Assembly: GCA_965203295.1 (NCBI GenBank)
Contig: CBDBCZ010000012.1
Span: 1 to 64,000 of the forward strand
Length of the DNA: 64,000 nt
Reading direction: 5' to 3'
DNA from: Nitrospirales bacterium
GTDB taxonomy: Bacteria > Nitrospirota > Nitrospiria > Nitrospirales > UBA8639
Shown here one piece after another: positions 23,959 through 37,280 of the stretch; positions within the stretch are counted from its first letter, which is position 1; every line of letters starts with the position of its first letter. The notes below the pieces were generated by a model, which saw nothing but the letters and a program-made list of their open reading frames with translations, did not search any database and was not told the origin of the DNA. Made by a program: the position numbers and the translations under genes.

Positions 23959-26500
23959 AAGGCACCAGACTACACACTGGAATTTATCCTTAGCAGTAAC
24001 TTGCACTCATACTGAACACTCCCTTCAGCACACCATAATTACCATGTTCATCAGCATCATTGTCCACCGCAATCCCACCAGCCATATTCACAATATTATA
24101 GGATATACGTAGTTCACAACCGACACTACATGTACAGCATATCCTACACTGCTACATGCATTATATATCTACATAGTGCTCCCTGCCTCACAGAAAACTA
24201 CTGTCACCATTAGCCAGACCCATGAGTCACACAACTGCATAGAAACAATTAAAAATTATCTATTAGCAAATACATTGACTCCTCCATACAGTAGAGAATA
24301 TGACACTTCTCACTTGATATGCTACAAACCTACAAATGCACAGTCACTCTAAGAGCGCAGCTAAATGAAGACCTGCACGGAAAACTGCATGATGTGTGTG
24401 GCATGGAGGGGATGGTGGCGTGTGTTATTGGAATGGTAATCCGTGAAAGTTCTGTGGTACCTTGTTCGGTTACTTTACGTTTTCATTTCTACCTGCTCTT
24501 TCATTTTTGAATACTTTTTTTTTTTAAATCTATGCTCATTTCTGTGTAGTATATTGCGATCCAGTGATGTTGAACACATTTTCTGTGTCTCTATTCGATA
24601 GTTTATGAAGGAGTCGAGCTCTGTGGACACCCCTCTAAATACATTGGCCATGCTGCAGACCAAGCAAAAGGCTTCACAGGCGGCCTACATAGTCCTCAGC
24701 GGAGGGTCTCAGTCCATGCTTGCGTAAGTGGCTACAGTAGCACTAGTAAACTGGTAATGTAAGACATACTTCTTGCATAACGATAAGTTCCACAAACTAG
24801 TAGATCTTACTGGTCGGGCACACACTTTCTACACACCCAGCTAACAAAAATGAAACATGGTAATCTGCAGCATTAAAATATTCCTATATATATACCTCAT
24901 TGTCATGATATTATTTTAGCATTGATAAAATTAGTGTATTTCTTTCCTTTAGGCCAGATATAGCAAAGAAAAAGTAAGCAAGTGCAATGGCAAAATTATT
25001 AGGAAACTGAACTGGCAATTGTTGTAATGTCTTCTGTGCACATCATTACATGTATATACATGGTTGTCACTGAGTGTACAATTCTCTCTTTTATTATAAT
25101 GATCACAAATATTATTATGGACTGTGGTAGTAATTATTTAGTGTGTGAGTGTGTGCTAAGTATGCTTATAACTAGATAGGAAGGTTCCTGTGACCTAGTA
25201 GGGAGGTTGAAATTAAGGCTTGTATCATGGTTGGAAAAAAAAAAATTCAGAGTATGAAAAAGTTAATATAAAATGATCAAGCAACGATTGAGTAATCCAA
25301 TTGGCCTTGGAAGTATAGTCTTACTTCCTCGGGCAATAGACTTTCTGAAGCGTTGTAGAAAATACAGATTTTATGCAAAATTTTATGTTGCGGGGCCTGT
25401 GAACGTCCTTTTAACTCTAACCCTGAGCCTAACCCTAACCCCTAACAATACAATGTTGGCAAACCTGGACAGTATAGCTAGATCGTCCCTATTTATACGT
25501 ACTGCATGACGTCCTACATATGTTGCAGTTAGACAATTTAAGTGATTACGAGTCCGGGTGCTGAACTTCAGTAGGTTGCAGTTAGAGCGTTTCGGCAACT
25601 CATTGAGGTTCAGCACCCGAGTTTGGGAGCAAAACATTGCAAACTGTGTGCTGCTTTTTAAGCATGCATGTACATGCTAAACTGGCCAGGGATTCCTCCC
25701 AAGGGACTATATATCAGGAACTGAGGCCACATGCCCCGGTTCGGTCTCCCATCAGGAAGGACTCCGGTTATTTGAGGAAGGATCAAGGGAGGAACCCGGA
25801 CGGATCCTAGGCCGTATCGTCCGAGACCACGGTGGAAGTTTTCCTTCCACTCTTACCAACCTCAACCGGGCTTCCCGAAAGAAGCGACCAGCATTCGACC
25901 AGACCTTTTTGCGCACCCCAAAGGGTACTGGGTCTGGCCACCGGCTGACAGCCAATAAATGGCTGCACCAGAGAAGCCAACTCGGCCGTACTCTAGTGTC
26001 TTCCTAAACACATTTTGCATGTACTCACAGCGATGAACTCTGCGAGGTGACCGAAGTGCAAGGGTGCAGGGCCGCCTTTTATACTCCCCACTAAGGCAAC
26101 TTGATTATGGGTTTCGCTTGTACTATACGCTGCGGCATTGCAGCGGCAGCAACTGATTGGTCGGCAGCTGTGTTTCTGAGGATAATAGCTAATAGATAAT
26201 AGATAATAGCTGACTACGCATTGCATATTGCATATTGACAAACGTGCACGTGGGGGCGGGGCACCTGGAGTGTTTCCGGAAAATCGGTTTGATAATGTAA
26301 CTCTACACATAACTGGTGGCCTTCACATGCATCCTTCAATGATGCATGAAGAAAAGTTATCTTCTTTGAAACTTCAGTAAACCCTTCAATCAAGAACATA
26401 CGTAGAAGAGATTTTTTTCTACAGCTTCAGTTTTTTTGCTTCACACGTAGTGCGAACGGCTACGCTTACAGAGCGGTGTCATCACGCACGTGCGTTTTAA
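23959..26500 (+). repeat. Older duplication of the SART1 3' region (matches 43749-44047 + 47784-48359 + 50133-51996)
   Basis: Collinear similarity with several indels, visibly more diverged than the 12-kb duplication. Confidence 0.9.
24602..24723 (+). pseudogene. SART1: Orphan duplicate of the SART1 C-terminal exon
   Basis: ag|[41 protein letters not shown]|gtaagt, located upstream of the other SART1 exons. Confidence 0.85.
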
Positions 26501-27772
26501 TACGATCCTCGTGGTGAAAAACAAGGACAAGTTTATGATCTCCCGCCTTCGAGGTTGAGCTAAAGCAAGAGATGGTGAGTTCTAGCTGTAAGAAGTTGAA
26601 AAATTATAACTAGGCCTAGGCTTACGCAGAATGCAGTGCATTGTGAGCGAGCAATACTGTCACTGCAATTTTGGTCCTGAAAATTTTGCCACACCCCCCC
26701 CCCCCCCCTCCCCCCCCCGACCGAAATTTTCAGTGGAAAATCGGTTCCCCGGACCAATTTTTCGGAAAAAATGGTCCGCCTGTATGGCATGTTATCCATG
26801 CCAGTGTTACGTTCCCAGTATTGAGACCAGGACAATTTGCCGCGGCAAACTGGCTCGGCCCACTTTTGCGCTCCACTTAGGTCACCTATAAAATAGAATG
26901 GTGGGTGCGGTTAGGAGGGGCTGGGCTAGGTGCAGCTGAGCCGGCCACTTCTTCCCGGAACATTTACCAGGCCGGGACATTTCCTGGCCATTTTGTCCAG
27001 GCTGGCGAAACATTCTCTTAGCTGGAACATTTTGCCTGATCTGGCTAGATATAAGACCGTGTATTTACAGTGTCCGTCCTGTTTACTGGTAAACAAGGTA
27101 AACACGGTTGTTTAAATTAGATTGCTTCGTCAGTGATTGCAGGGTACTGTTAAAAAGTCAAGAAGGATAAACACTGACATGGGTTAACTTGGGTAAACAT
27201 GGGTAACGTGGGTCTACATGGGTTAACTTAACGTGGGTATACATGGGTATACCCAACGAGTAGTAGAACCTAACAGTGAGTTTATACACACTACCTTGTG
27301 GTCGTGGAACAATCTGCAAATATAGGAGCATGCACTGAATGAGTGGGGAGAGTTGGCACCATTAAAAACTCTTTAACACACCATCCCTGACTCTCAAGGT
27401 CAGGCATTCAGACTGGTTCAGATCTTTTTGTTATTGGTGTTGATTAGTTATGTTTTATAGCAGGTTTTCAATTTTCTACCTTTCCTAAGAACGTTTCTTT
27501 GTGGGGGGCAGCTTGGTTTGGGGCAGCTCTTACAATTTTTTAATTAAGTTTCATAAGTTTTTAGGCCTTTTCAACTTTTTGTAGGAGGCTCCTGCTGGTC
27601 TCAGTAAGACCTTATGGTTAAGCTGGGAAGGTGCGATTTTCTCTGAATGTTTTTTTAACAGAGGGAAGACCTATTTGGTCCCCTTTTTTACCTTTTTTAA
27701 TTTTTTTTTTTAACTCTTTCATTTTCTGCGGTCACAGGTATGTTCGACAAAATATATAACTACTTTTTAATG

Positions 27773-27869
27773 AAAGTGTATGTGTTTTTAGTCCATGTAT
27801 ACATGGACTAAAAACACATACACTTTTGAACTCAAAATCTCATTATAATGAGATTTTGAGTTCAAAAGT
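27773..27869. repeat. Two overlapping perfect palindromes (54 bp and 48 bp)
   Basis: 27773-27826 is centred on gta|tac and 27822-27869 on tta|taa. Confidence 0.95.
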
Positions 27870-28081
27870 TTTTGCTGCGAAACAAATTTGTGCCAAATTT
27901 TTGTAAGCCTTGGTAGGCGTGTAGCAAATTAATCACGTTCTCAATCCATAGATACGTAGGTATCATTTTGAATTCCCAGACTTTGTTTAGAGGCAATCTG
28001 TAATTGTGTATTACTAACCATTGTGATTGAGCATAAAGAAAATCATCCATACCTGTAATTACTTCTACGTCTAGCTGATCA

Positions 28082-28270
28082 TCACTGGACGAGGGACCTG
28101 TCTTCTGTGTTCGAGTGTACATCACTTTCGTCTTCACTCTCGCCTTCTACAGACTGCTGTACTGGTACCGGTAAGTTAACACAATCTCGACATTTACATT
28201 CAGGACCACAAAGCTTTGATTTCTTACGACAACCACATGCATTAGCCTTGCATCCTTTCTTACAACTACA
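28082..28270 (-). pseudogene. Cys-rich CXC/Cys8 domain remnant, probably the C-terminus of an Academ-type transposase
   Basis: Minus-strand translation CSCKKGCKANACGCRKKSKLCGPECKCRDCVNLP followed by an acidic tail. It has no start codon, so it is absent from the ORF track. Confidence 0.55.
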
Positions 28271-29717
28271 TCACTTTTATTTTCTTTATTTAGTGCCCAC
28301 ATTCACCCCTAGGAGTCTCATACCCAGACCTCCCAAGCCTTCCCGAAATCAATCATTCCCTTGATTTTATCTTAAACCCCAGGGTCTTCCGAATCTAAGG
28401 TATAACTACCGTCTTGGTGGAGAACCCATCCACTCTCGTCAGGAGGTGGAAGCTGAGAATACACATCTGATTGAGGTGAGTTCTGCCATAGCCGGCTTGT
28501 CCAACAGGATCTGATCCAGTGGCGCCACAGGGCAGTAAAGGAAGGCACTCGTTATTCCTCGCATGTAATTCTGTCCGCCATAGTTTCCCTTATTTTTTGT
28601 AGCCAAATTCGATGCCTTCCTGTATGATTAAGTGTAGAATCAATGGAGTTAAACAGGTGCTGTGGTGCTTCGTGACTGTACTGAGAATTAAAAGCGTCGA
28701 AACTATCGGCCTACTGTAGACTCGGGTTATCAGGCGCACTTCATTATGTAGCGCACATACGCTATCGGGCGCATGCTTGCTTCTTGTCCCAAAGCCGCAA
28801 AAACCTCGTTAAGAGGCGCACGTTCCAATTAAACGTAATATGGGGTGGAGCAACTGCACACAAAATCGAACGGAGCCGGCTAGCAGCTAGCTGAGAGGAT
28901 AACTTTCTAGGGATCACATTGCAACTGCCCCGTCATCGAGTAGCTAGCTAGCTAAGTCAAAGGCCTATAGAGGGAGCAAACATGTACCAATCCTGATTCG
29001 AGTTGACTGAGCACGCTCTTGTCTCAGACCGCTCTCCGCTCATTTTCATCTCCAACCGCTCTCTGTCGAGTTACATCGCGATCCCTTTAACCCCCGTTAT
29101 GTAGCGCACTACGTTATGTAGCGCATATAATTTTGCTATTGTGCAAGTTCAATCATTTGACAAGAAATTAGCGGGGGTTAAATATAGGGTTCACACAAGG
29201 TGTGAATACCCCCCTCCCCTGAACTTTAACTTCCATTATATGTTGAATAATGATTTTTAAAAACCTACCCCCATTCTAAATTATTCTTTTGCCAGCGATG
29301 CCAATTACATGATTGTGGCTGAACAACTTACTTTAGGATATTAATAGTATGGTATATGCAAGCGAAATGCTTAAGAATCCAATATAATATCAACAGACTG
29401 TTATGCAACAAAGAATGCTAGGGCTTAATGTCATATGAGGACATTTGTGAGAGGTTATGCAGTTTGGCAAAATATGTAGCTGATAGTTTGCCACTGGCAG
29501 TTGGTCCCAGCTCCCATATCTTGGCATCCTTTTTCAAGTGCGTATATATATACTATCCCCTACGTTACCCATGCAAGTAGTACCAACACTGAGTTCTGTT
29601 ATTGTCATTTGTATTCCACAGTATACACACTTTCCTAAGTCAAAGGCAAGGATATTGCAATACTGTTAAAGCTGTGTTATAGATCTTGTGAGCTCAGTTT
29701 TGTTCATTGCTTGGCAG

Positions 29718-29854
29718 ATATACTGGATGAGGGAGAGGATGTTCTGGTGAACGTCACTATGGTTGACCAGGAGAAGGCAGATAAGAATGTGGAGAATCGT
29801 AAAGGAAAGCCTGGGTACGACCCATACGAGGAGGAAGAAGATGAATTTGGAGAT
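29718..29854 (+). CDS. SART1: SART1 exon
   Basis: ag|ILDEGEDVLVNVTMVDQEKADKNVENRKGKPGYDPYEEEEDEFGD|gtgagt. Confidence 0.9.
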
Positions 29855-31218
29855 GTGAGTAAATATAATATCGAGTACAGCAGTTTTTATCTACTTTGAA
29901 ACTGCAGACCAGAACAGTAAAACAGTGTTCTGTAAGGTAAAGCCTAGAGGTGACCACGACTTCAAAGCCTAATCAATTATTCGCACATCCACTACTGGAT
30001 TTGGTGATTTGACGTTACTAGTTGCTAGCAAGGCTTTACGAACCTTCTTACTGACTCACAGCAGGAAGTGTGGCTATATGTATAATCATGCTGAAAAGCC
30101 TGAGAGCATGTTTCTAAAATTTAACTAGAAGCCCTTGATATATAGACGCCTCCATATTACGGACATGCAGGGTTAATCCAGATTGTTAACTTCCGTTATG
30201 ATTACCAATAGGGGACAAAACCATGCCCCCTCCAATTTATTTTTCTCCTAACATTGTTATCTACCTCCCATGGGTAAGTGCATACTCAGTGACTGCAGAC
30301 TACCTTGCCTCTTGTGATTTGTTTGCCAGATATTCACTTAAAGTTAAAAAATTCATTTAGGTTGAGAGGGAGGCCAGATAGGGTCCTAGGTATAAGCAAA
30401 CACACTTTGCCTTTCAGAGAAAATTTAGAGAAAGATTATTGAGCTCTTAAGTAGCATGCACAATGGAACTCAAATAGAGGTCCAAAAGTTTTGATTTGAG
30501 GATCTTCATCAGTGAAATTACAAAACTGCGCAGGAACTCAAGCTTAAGTACTGGGAATGAAAGATTTGCCTTGCATACTAGAACTAAACAATATAATTCC
30601 CAAATGTGAGTCAGTTTTGGAAAGCCCCTATTAGTCAACTTATCAGGTTATCATTTACACCTTGGCAGTGGCATTAAAATTGGCAAAAAATTCCAAATCT
30701 ACATTGTATGAAGCTTGATCCCCTTGTTATTCTTTTAATACCAACTACTTAATGCCTACATTTCAAACATGGGTGTGTTTTACAGTACATGTTTAACTTA
30801 GAGCTAGTGCAATAAGTGTTATGTTCTGTAAGGTAAAGCGGGACAGAATTTAATCCCGGGGGTAATTCCGACACTGGAGTGTAGATCCAGTTTCACAGAA
30901 GTTGTGAAGCTAAAAACTGCTATGCTTATAGCTGTCCTATTGACTATACTGAGGCATCAAATTATTGCCTAACTCCACAGTACGCTGTAGATGTAAGTGC
31001 AACTGTTGGAATTACCCTGCCGTCGGAAGAGCCCCTCCTTACCTTGTGTCATAAGGTAGTCATAACCTACATGTACATGAAACACACCTACTAAAGAAAG
31101 TTACATGTAGCTAAGATAATTATATGTACACAACAAGCCAACCTATCTTGTAAGTGAGTGCATACAGCACGCATCTCTCTATAAAAATGCATTTACATAC
31201 ATGCATACATACATACAG

Positions 31219-31291
31219 GTAAAGCCACCACCAATACTGAAGAAGTACAATGAGGAGATTGAAGGAGAGAAGAAGGAGTCTTTTTCTTTGG
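31219..31291 (+). CDS. SART1: SART1 exon
   Basis: ag|VKPPPILKKYNEEIEGEKKESFSL|gtatgt. Confidence 0.88.
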
Positions 31292-32218
31292 GTATGTACA
31301 TGTACGTACAAATGCTACTTATATATTACTGGTATACTGTATAGCTGGAAAATTTGGCAATTTGGCAATCGTCGATGGAGCCACCAAGTTTAAATTACTT
31401 CTCACCAAATTGACTTCCTCCAATATGTTGTTATGTCACCTTTGAATGCATTGAACTAGCTAATTAGGTATTTTTGAGAGGGAAACTGTACAGACAGGCA
31501 CTTCCAGCCCTCCTTTAGGCACATCCACTGAAAGATACCTGCTCTGGAAACAGTGCAGTGAAACTTGGAATAACACTCAAGCTATCGATGAATTTCTTGG
31601 AACATGGCCGACAACAGCATTCCTTTGTGTAAACTGCTACTGCCTAGGAATCCTCGACGTTACCACTCTAGCTAGCTAGTTGTCTTCTACTGCAGTAGTT
31701 CCCCCAGCGAGAGAGTCCACGTAGTCTTGTCTATGGCAGTCTATGCTCAAGCACTCGATAGCTTCTGAACTAATGCACGGTTGACGCAATAAAGTTTGCT
31801 TCGCAATCGCAAATCACCAAAATTGAATTTTGCCATTATTTATTTACAGCCAGTATTGGAAATATTTCATCAAATATCACTCCTGTCAATTTTTCTGGCT
31901 ATACATAAATTATGCATGTACTTACATGTATATAAGTGTATGAGTTGGGCGCATTTTGGGAATTTGTACAATTGTACTGCACATTTTATGATTTCATGGT
32001 GAGTTAGGGTCAGGGTTAGACTTAGGGTTAGGGTTGGGGCTAGGGTTAGACCTACCGAGAGGGTTAGTTTGTAGTTTTTTGAATGTGCAATGCAATTTAT
32101 GGAATGCACAACGCAATTTATACAGATAGTTCCGATTCATAGAAAGAGCCTAACATGTGTATGTATTCCAGCACTGTAGCCATGTCTACACGTATGACTC
32201 TTTCACTATACTGTGTAG

Positions 32219-32292
32219 GAGAAGCTGGGGAATTCGACACTGCAGAGCAGCGAGAAAGAGAGATTGTCAGACAGAAGCTTAGAGCTAGAGGA
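32219..32292 (+). CDS. SART1: SART1 exon
   Basis: ag|GEAGEFDTAEQREREIVRQKLRARG|gtgagt, phase-compatible with its neighbours. Confidence 0.85.
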
Positions 32293-32410
32293 GTGAGTCG
32301 ATTTTATTATAGTGGTTGAGGGGGAAGGGAAACATAATATCAGGCAACTTGAGTTTTAAATAGTTACATGCTGAAAAAGGGGTATTGGTAAGGTACATGT
32401 ACATGTAGAG

Positions 32411-32491
32411 TAGCCTCGAACTCAGGCCTTCTACGCAGATTTTTTTGCAGCCTTGGCAAAAATCTGCGTGGAAGGCCTGGGTTCGAGGCTA
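32411..32491. mobile_element. 81-bp palindromic TAG...CTA MITE with exact 9-bp TSD
   Basis: tagcctcgaactcaggcctt...aaggcctgggttcgaggcta, flanked by catgtagag at 32402-32410 and 32492-32500. Confidence 0.88.
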
Positions 32492-33151
32492 CATGTAGAG
32501 TGAGCTGGCTCCCATTTGCATGTTACAGGCATCGTCTTCTCACAGTGTTTGAATACCTATAGGGAAGTTGTAGCAGTATATCGAGGTACATGTAATAGTT
32601 AGATCATGCCTGAGAGATTTGTTAGCATTACACAAGGTTTATTGAATATCACAGAGTATACTTCCGATAAACCCCTCAGAGGTGTGGTCTAACTAGTTTG
32701 TACCATCGTGTTTAGTTTAGTCTAGCTGGCTTCAGTGGTGGTCAGCTCAGCTATTTTGACACTCGGTTTGGCCAAGTGGGGCATCGTACAGTTTTCTTTT
32801 TGCTGTCGATAATATTCATCATGCTAACTATAATGCAGCAAATAAAAACAGAATAAGCAAGGAAAGCCGTTTCTTGCTACTGCTACTGTAAGTACATGTA
32901 CGTATGTGCACCTCAGAGAATTGCATATTGCACTCACTGCATGTGTCTTCAGCTTACTTAGTATCCTGTCGTCATGCACCTACATGTAAGATGACCACAC
33001 GTACATGTACCTTGGTGCAACTGTGTATTATCTACATACATGTAGCTTTACTTGAATAAATTGAAGGTCCCATAGCAGCCAGTTAAATTTAATTAGAACA
33101 TTGCTACACATGTCTTCCGTATGTATTTAAAATTATGTGTATTTGTCACAG

Positions 33152-33299
33152 ATCACTGTAGACTCAGCACCATCTCAGCTAGCCTCAGAGTACTACACAT
33201 CGGAGGAAATCGTATCCTTCAGGAAACCCAGGAAGAAGAGAAGGTGCTAAAAGCTGATGATTTACTGCCGCTTCCTGATGCAAGGGACCGTGGGTCAAG
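33152..33299 (+). CDS. SART1: SART1 exon (frameshifted)
   Basis: ITVDSAPSQLASEYYTSEEIVSFRKPRKK is in one frame and KVLKADDLLPLPDARDRGSR in another. Confidence 0.85.
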
Positions 33300-33624
33300 G
33301 TGTGTACTCTTGTTTGTGACCTCATTGTGCATCTAATGTGCGAAAGAACTGTTTAAGGCACCAGCCATATTAATGTCAGAGATAATTAACGGGAAACTTT
33401 GTAGCTGAAATGAGCGTTCATCATGTCTACCCCTGCTCTGAGATCTAGAAATGCACAGTGGAGAGGCTATTCTGCTGGTGCTTAATTAGGTTTCACTCTT
33501 GTTTGTTCTTTCTGGTTGAAGTATCAGTTTGACATTTTAACGTAGATTTAAGCCAAAGTGTTGTAGAATGGTACTATTTAGATATGTAATAATGCTTTCT
33601 TGCATGTAACATGTATCTTTTCAG

Positions 33625-33695
33625 GGACCATGGTAGTAGGAAGCACGAAGATGGGGAAGAGAGTGCAGAAATGGAGGTGGATGTATCGTCACATG
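33625..33695 (+). CDS. SART1: SART1 exon
   Basis: ag|DHGSRKHEDGEESAEMEVDVSSH|gtaagg, phases fit. Confidence 0.75.
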
Positions 33696-34899
33696 GTAAG
33701 GGACAACAAAAGTACTGTGTACTGACCGTATTTCCACGATCAGACACCATGCCTGATTAGTTACTGCCCTCAAGTTGTAGCTGCACTTGAAGCTACATGT
33801 AGAAGTGCTGAAGGAAAGTAGCTGCGGGTAAAATTTAAGTCTTGCAAAAACAAGCAACACAATAGTGTGGCTTTTTCAAGAGTGGAGTTTAATTAATGTA
33901 GGAAGTGGCTACCCAAGTTCACCTATGTGCCTGCGGATGTATCAAGGCTGCTCATGGCTCTATATCTTTCCTATAAAACTGGTATCATTGTGCTTTGTGA
34001 TATAGCTTTTCAGGCACAACCAAGTGTGCTGTTTGTATGTCGCTGTATAGCCAGCATACTGCTCAGTGTAGTAAACACTGTCCTTAGTCATCACCCAAGA
34101 ATAGTAGCCGCAACGTCTGATCGCAGATAATTATTTTTGGTAGGCTTGCATGTATGTACATAGCTCAAACTGAAGATTGTTTAGTAGTGTGTATAGTCTG
34201 CAGAGGAGTGCTGTTCGTGGATCTCTGGAACAATCTGTATTGTTTTATTTTAGTGTTCCAGTTTTGAATGCCAGAAGAAGGTCCAGATTGATGGATTTTA
34301 GTTGAATTGAATATTGTTCCAGAGAATGACGAATAACTCTCCTGCCTATTTAGGAATAAATCCCACCATAACCATGGCTCTACACTGTACAACTGTGTAT
34401 GTGCATAGCTACGTACATATATAGCCTAAATTTCAGGTCTGCGACTTTTTTTGGTTACACGAAAGTTGTCACAGGGCCTGGGGTCTAAAGTTACGCGCAC
34501 GAGGCCAAGAGTGGAGAGGTAGTAGAACGGTAATTATGAGAGTGGACAAATACAGTTGTAATTCTCAGACAACAAAGGGGAAGGTAGCGAATCTACACTT
34601 CTTGCAGCTTTAATTATTTTCTTCACAGCCCGTTTTTATCATAGACTTACCGCTGAAACAAGTCTCTGATACAATGGCAGCCGTCTTTCAAAGCAGATAA
34701 TAACATAAGTTGATCACGTAACTTTTAAGATGCCAGACCCTGTGACTTTCTTATGTATCTGAAAAAGTCGCAGTCCTGGGAACGAGGCTGCAGGATTATT
34801 GCAAACAACAAACCCTGGAGGGAGAGACCTTTAAGGGCCACACTGTTTATTTTTTATTATACGTATCACTTTACACAAGTACGTGTCTCGTGTTTCCAG

Positions 34900-34960
34900 A
34901 CTCCACGATTGATGATCTAAAGGATGAAGTGGATAGTAAGGTGGACAGTGCTTTACAGCG
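34900..34960 (+). CDS. SART1: SART1 exon
   Basis: ag|STIDDLKDEVDSKVDSALQR|gtgagt, phases fit. Confidence 0.72.
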
Positions 34961-35888
34961 GTGAGTATTTAGATGTCCTTTTTGATACACATGTACATCA
35001 TTGTGTATGTATGGTTCAAGGGACGTGTAGCTTGTTTTGCAGCCATGAAAGAAAGCATGGGGAAGGCCTGGAATCAACAAACCACAAAGTTCACAGGTTC
35101 ATGAGTACTCACATTTCAAGTACAAATGACAAATCTTAGCTGATATCACGCAAAGTCGAAGCGCCTCGAGTCGGTATACGTGGTATGATGTGCGCAACTA
35201 AATTTTTGCACTAGGCAACTTCGGATTGAAGTGACTGTGGATACTTAAAAATGTTAATGTGATTTTTTGAGCTGCTCTTCTTTTGCTTCCTTTTGACTTT
35301 GAAAACTACTCGTCACGTGCAGTTCTGGTAACATCATGTTGCTTCATTCACATTACATGTGACTTTAGCAACAGCAGACGTACGAAATGTGATGTTTGCT
35401 CCCAGGTTTTCCTCATGCTTTTTACCTCACCCGGTTTTGTTTGTTTGCCATTGTCATCATTGTCTGTCATATATAGTGTTTTTTGAAAAATATTTTTAAT
35501 GGGCGATTTAGAGGCCATAACTATGTCAAAGCAGGAGGTAACAATTTGAAAAAAAAGAAATTGTCGTGTGTGTGTACCTGATTGTGACTAAAGTGGTTCT
35601 AGTCCAACCCTTTCTTATTCAATGTGCGGCCTTTTGCTTGACACGTGTTTATATTGGAGTATACGTAGAGAAGCATCCATTTCATTAGTACTGCGATCAG
35701 TCACACCCACGGCTTGGATGCGGCCATACACGAGCACGGTATATACGTATCTTTCACGCTGTTAGGTCCAGTCTTTAGAGTCCAGTAGCGCAGGATATGT
35801 CTCTGCTAGAGACTTTAGTTTCTACAGCTGTGAAAATAGCTGTGTGGGAAGGCCTGCATAACCAAAATCTTTCTTGAATTTACATTAG

Positions 35889-36001
35889 GACCAGGCGTTT
35901 GTTGAGCCGAGGAAAGGCAGGGGTCTCAGGTGCAGCCAAAGTAGCCACTATGCTGGAGAGTGTTCCCGAGGTCAAAGAAGAGCCCTTAGATGAGATTTCA
36001 G
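35889..36001 (+). CDS. SART1: SART1 exon
   Basis: ag|TRRLLSRGKAGVSGAAKVATMLESVPEVKEEPLDEIS|gtacat. Confidence 0.78.
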
Positions 36002-37209
36002 GTACATATACATGTATGTATATACTTCTACATCAGAAGAGGTTGGAAGTGATCACGTGTACGTCAATTATGCATGATGTTATGTATAGCTAATAGTTTT
36101 CCATTAAGAAGGACACGGAAGGTATATTGACTTCTACAGTATCTGGCTTAAACAATGATTTGACATGTATGTCTCTACAACTTTTGTGGGGATGCCCCCT
36201 CAAAAACCTTAGCTTGTAAGTCAGTTAGCTTGCAAAATGTTTCGTAAAGCTACAGTAAGGTGTTTTACCACTCAAATTCTACTTTAAAAACTGCTAAACT
36301 TACACACGATCACTCGAGGAGCGGCTATTATTGCTCTCCCCTGCCTGAAGCGACTTCATTACGTCATCAGACAACATGGCTAATTGAATTCCACTGTATT
36401 GCACGTGATTGCTTCCAACTTCCTCTGCTTCTACAGGGTACAGTGCAACATTCTGTGTCTTTCATATTAGCTATAACAGTTATGTTTGAGCCTTACACCA
36501 TTTCCCTGCTAGCATCTAGCCATAGGGCACACTTTACTGGGCGTCGTTGCTGAGGTGCATGTGTTTTTATATTGAGGTACAGACAGTACTGAACTTTAAC
36601 CTTATACCAAGTAATATCACCTCAAGTGTAGTTTACTGGCTTCTGCAGCACTGTATTCCACCACCTATATATGTGTATATCTAAAAATTAAATCAAGAAC
36701 ATCATTACTGGTGCTACCTACCTACCGCTTCTTTACTAACTAGTTTGGCCTACAACTTCTTCCAGTAGCTTCTGCAGTTGTGTTAATTGCTATAGGGGCA
36801 CAGTAATGCAGTGGTGTATAGCTTTCTACATGACATGTGTAATAACTGCAGATGCAGCGGTAAACATTTGAAAAACATGAAGCACAATTAAGAATGTAGG
36901 TTTAGTTGTCCAGAATAGGTCAGGCCAAGCTAACTGAATAACAAACTTTATTTTCACATGAATGCATAATTTTTATTCGTTGTTTCTTTTTTTCTTTTAT
37001 TGCTAACCTTGAATATTTCTCACAACTTAGAACATGCACTTATGTATCTCGATTACCCCAGCTACATTAGGTAATATAAAGTGTGGGGTCCGAGGAGTAA
37101 GAGCAATTAGAAGGACTGTCATATAAGAATTAGTGACCATTATTGTTTCAAACAGGAAGTACATACGTATGGTAAACAGATATCAGTGTCGTTTGTTTTC
37201 TTTATCCAG

Positions 37210-37280
37210 GAGATATATGGTGCTTAATGCCACTGCAGAGTTCTGTAGACAAGTGGGTGAAGAAGAGGAGGAAGAAAGAG
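37210..37280 (+). CDS. SART1: SART1 exon
   Basis: MVLNATAEFCRQVGEEEEEER|gtgagc. The acceptor phase conflicts with the previous exon. Confidence 0.85.
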
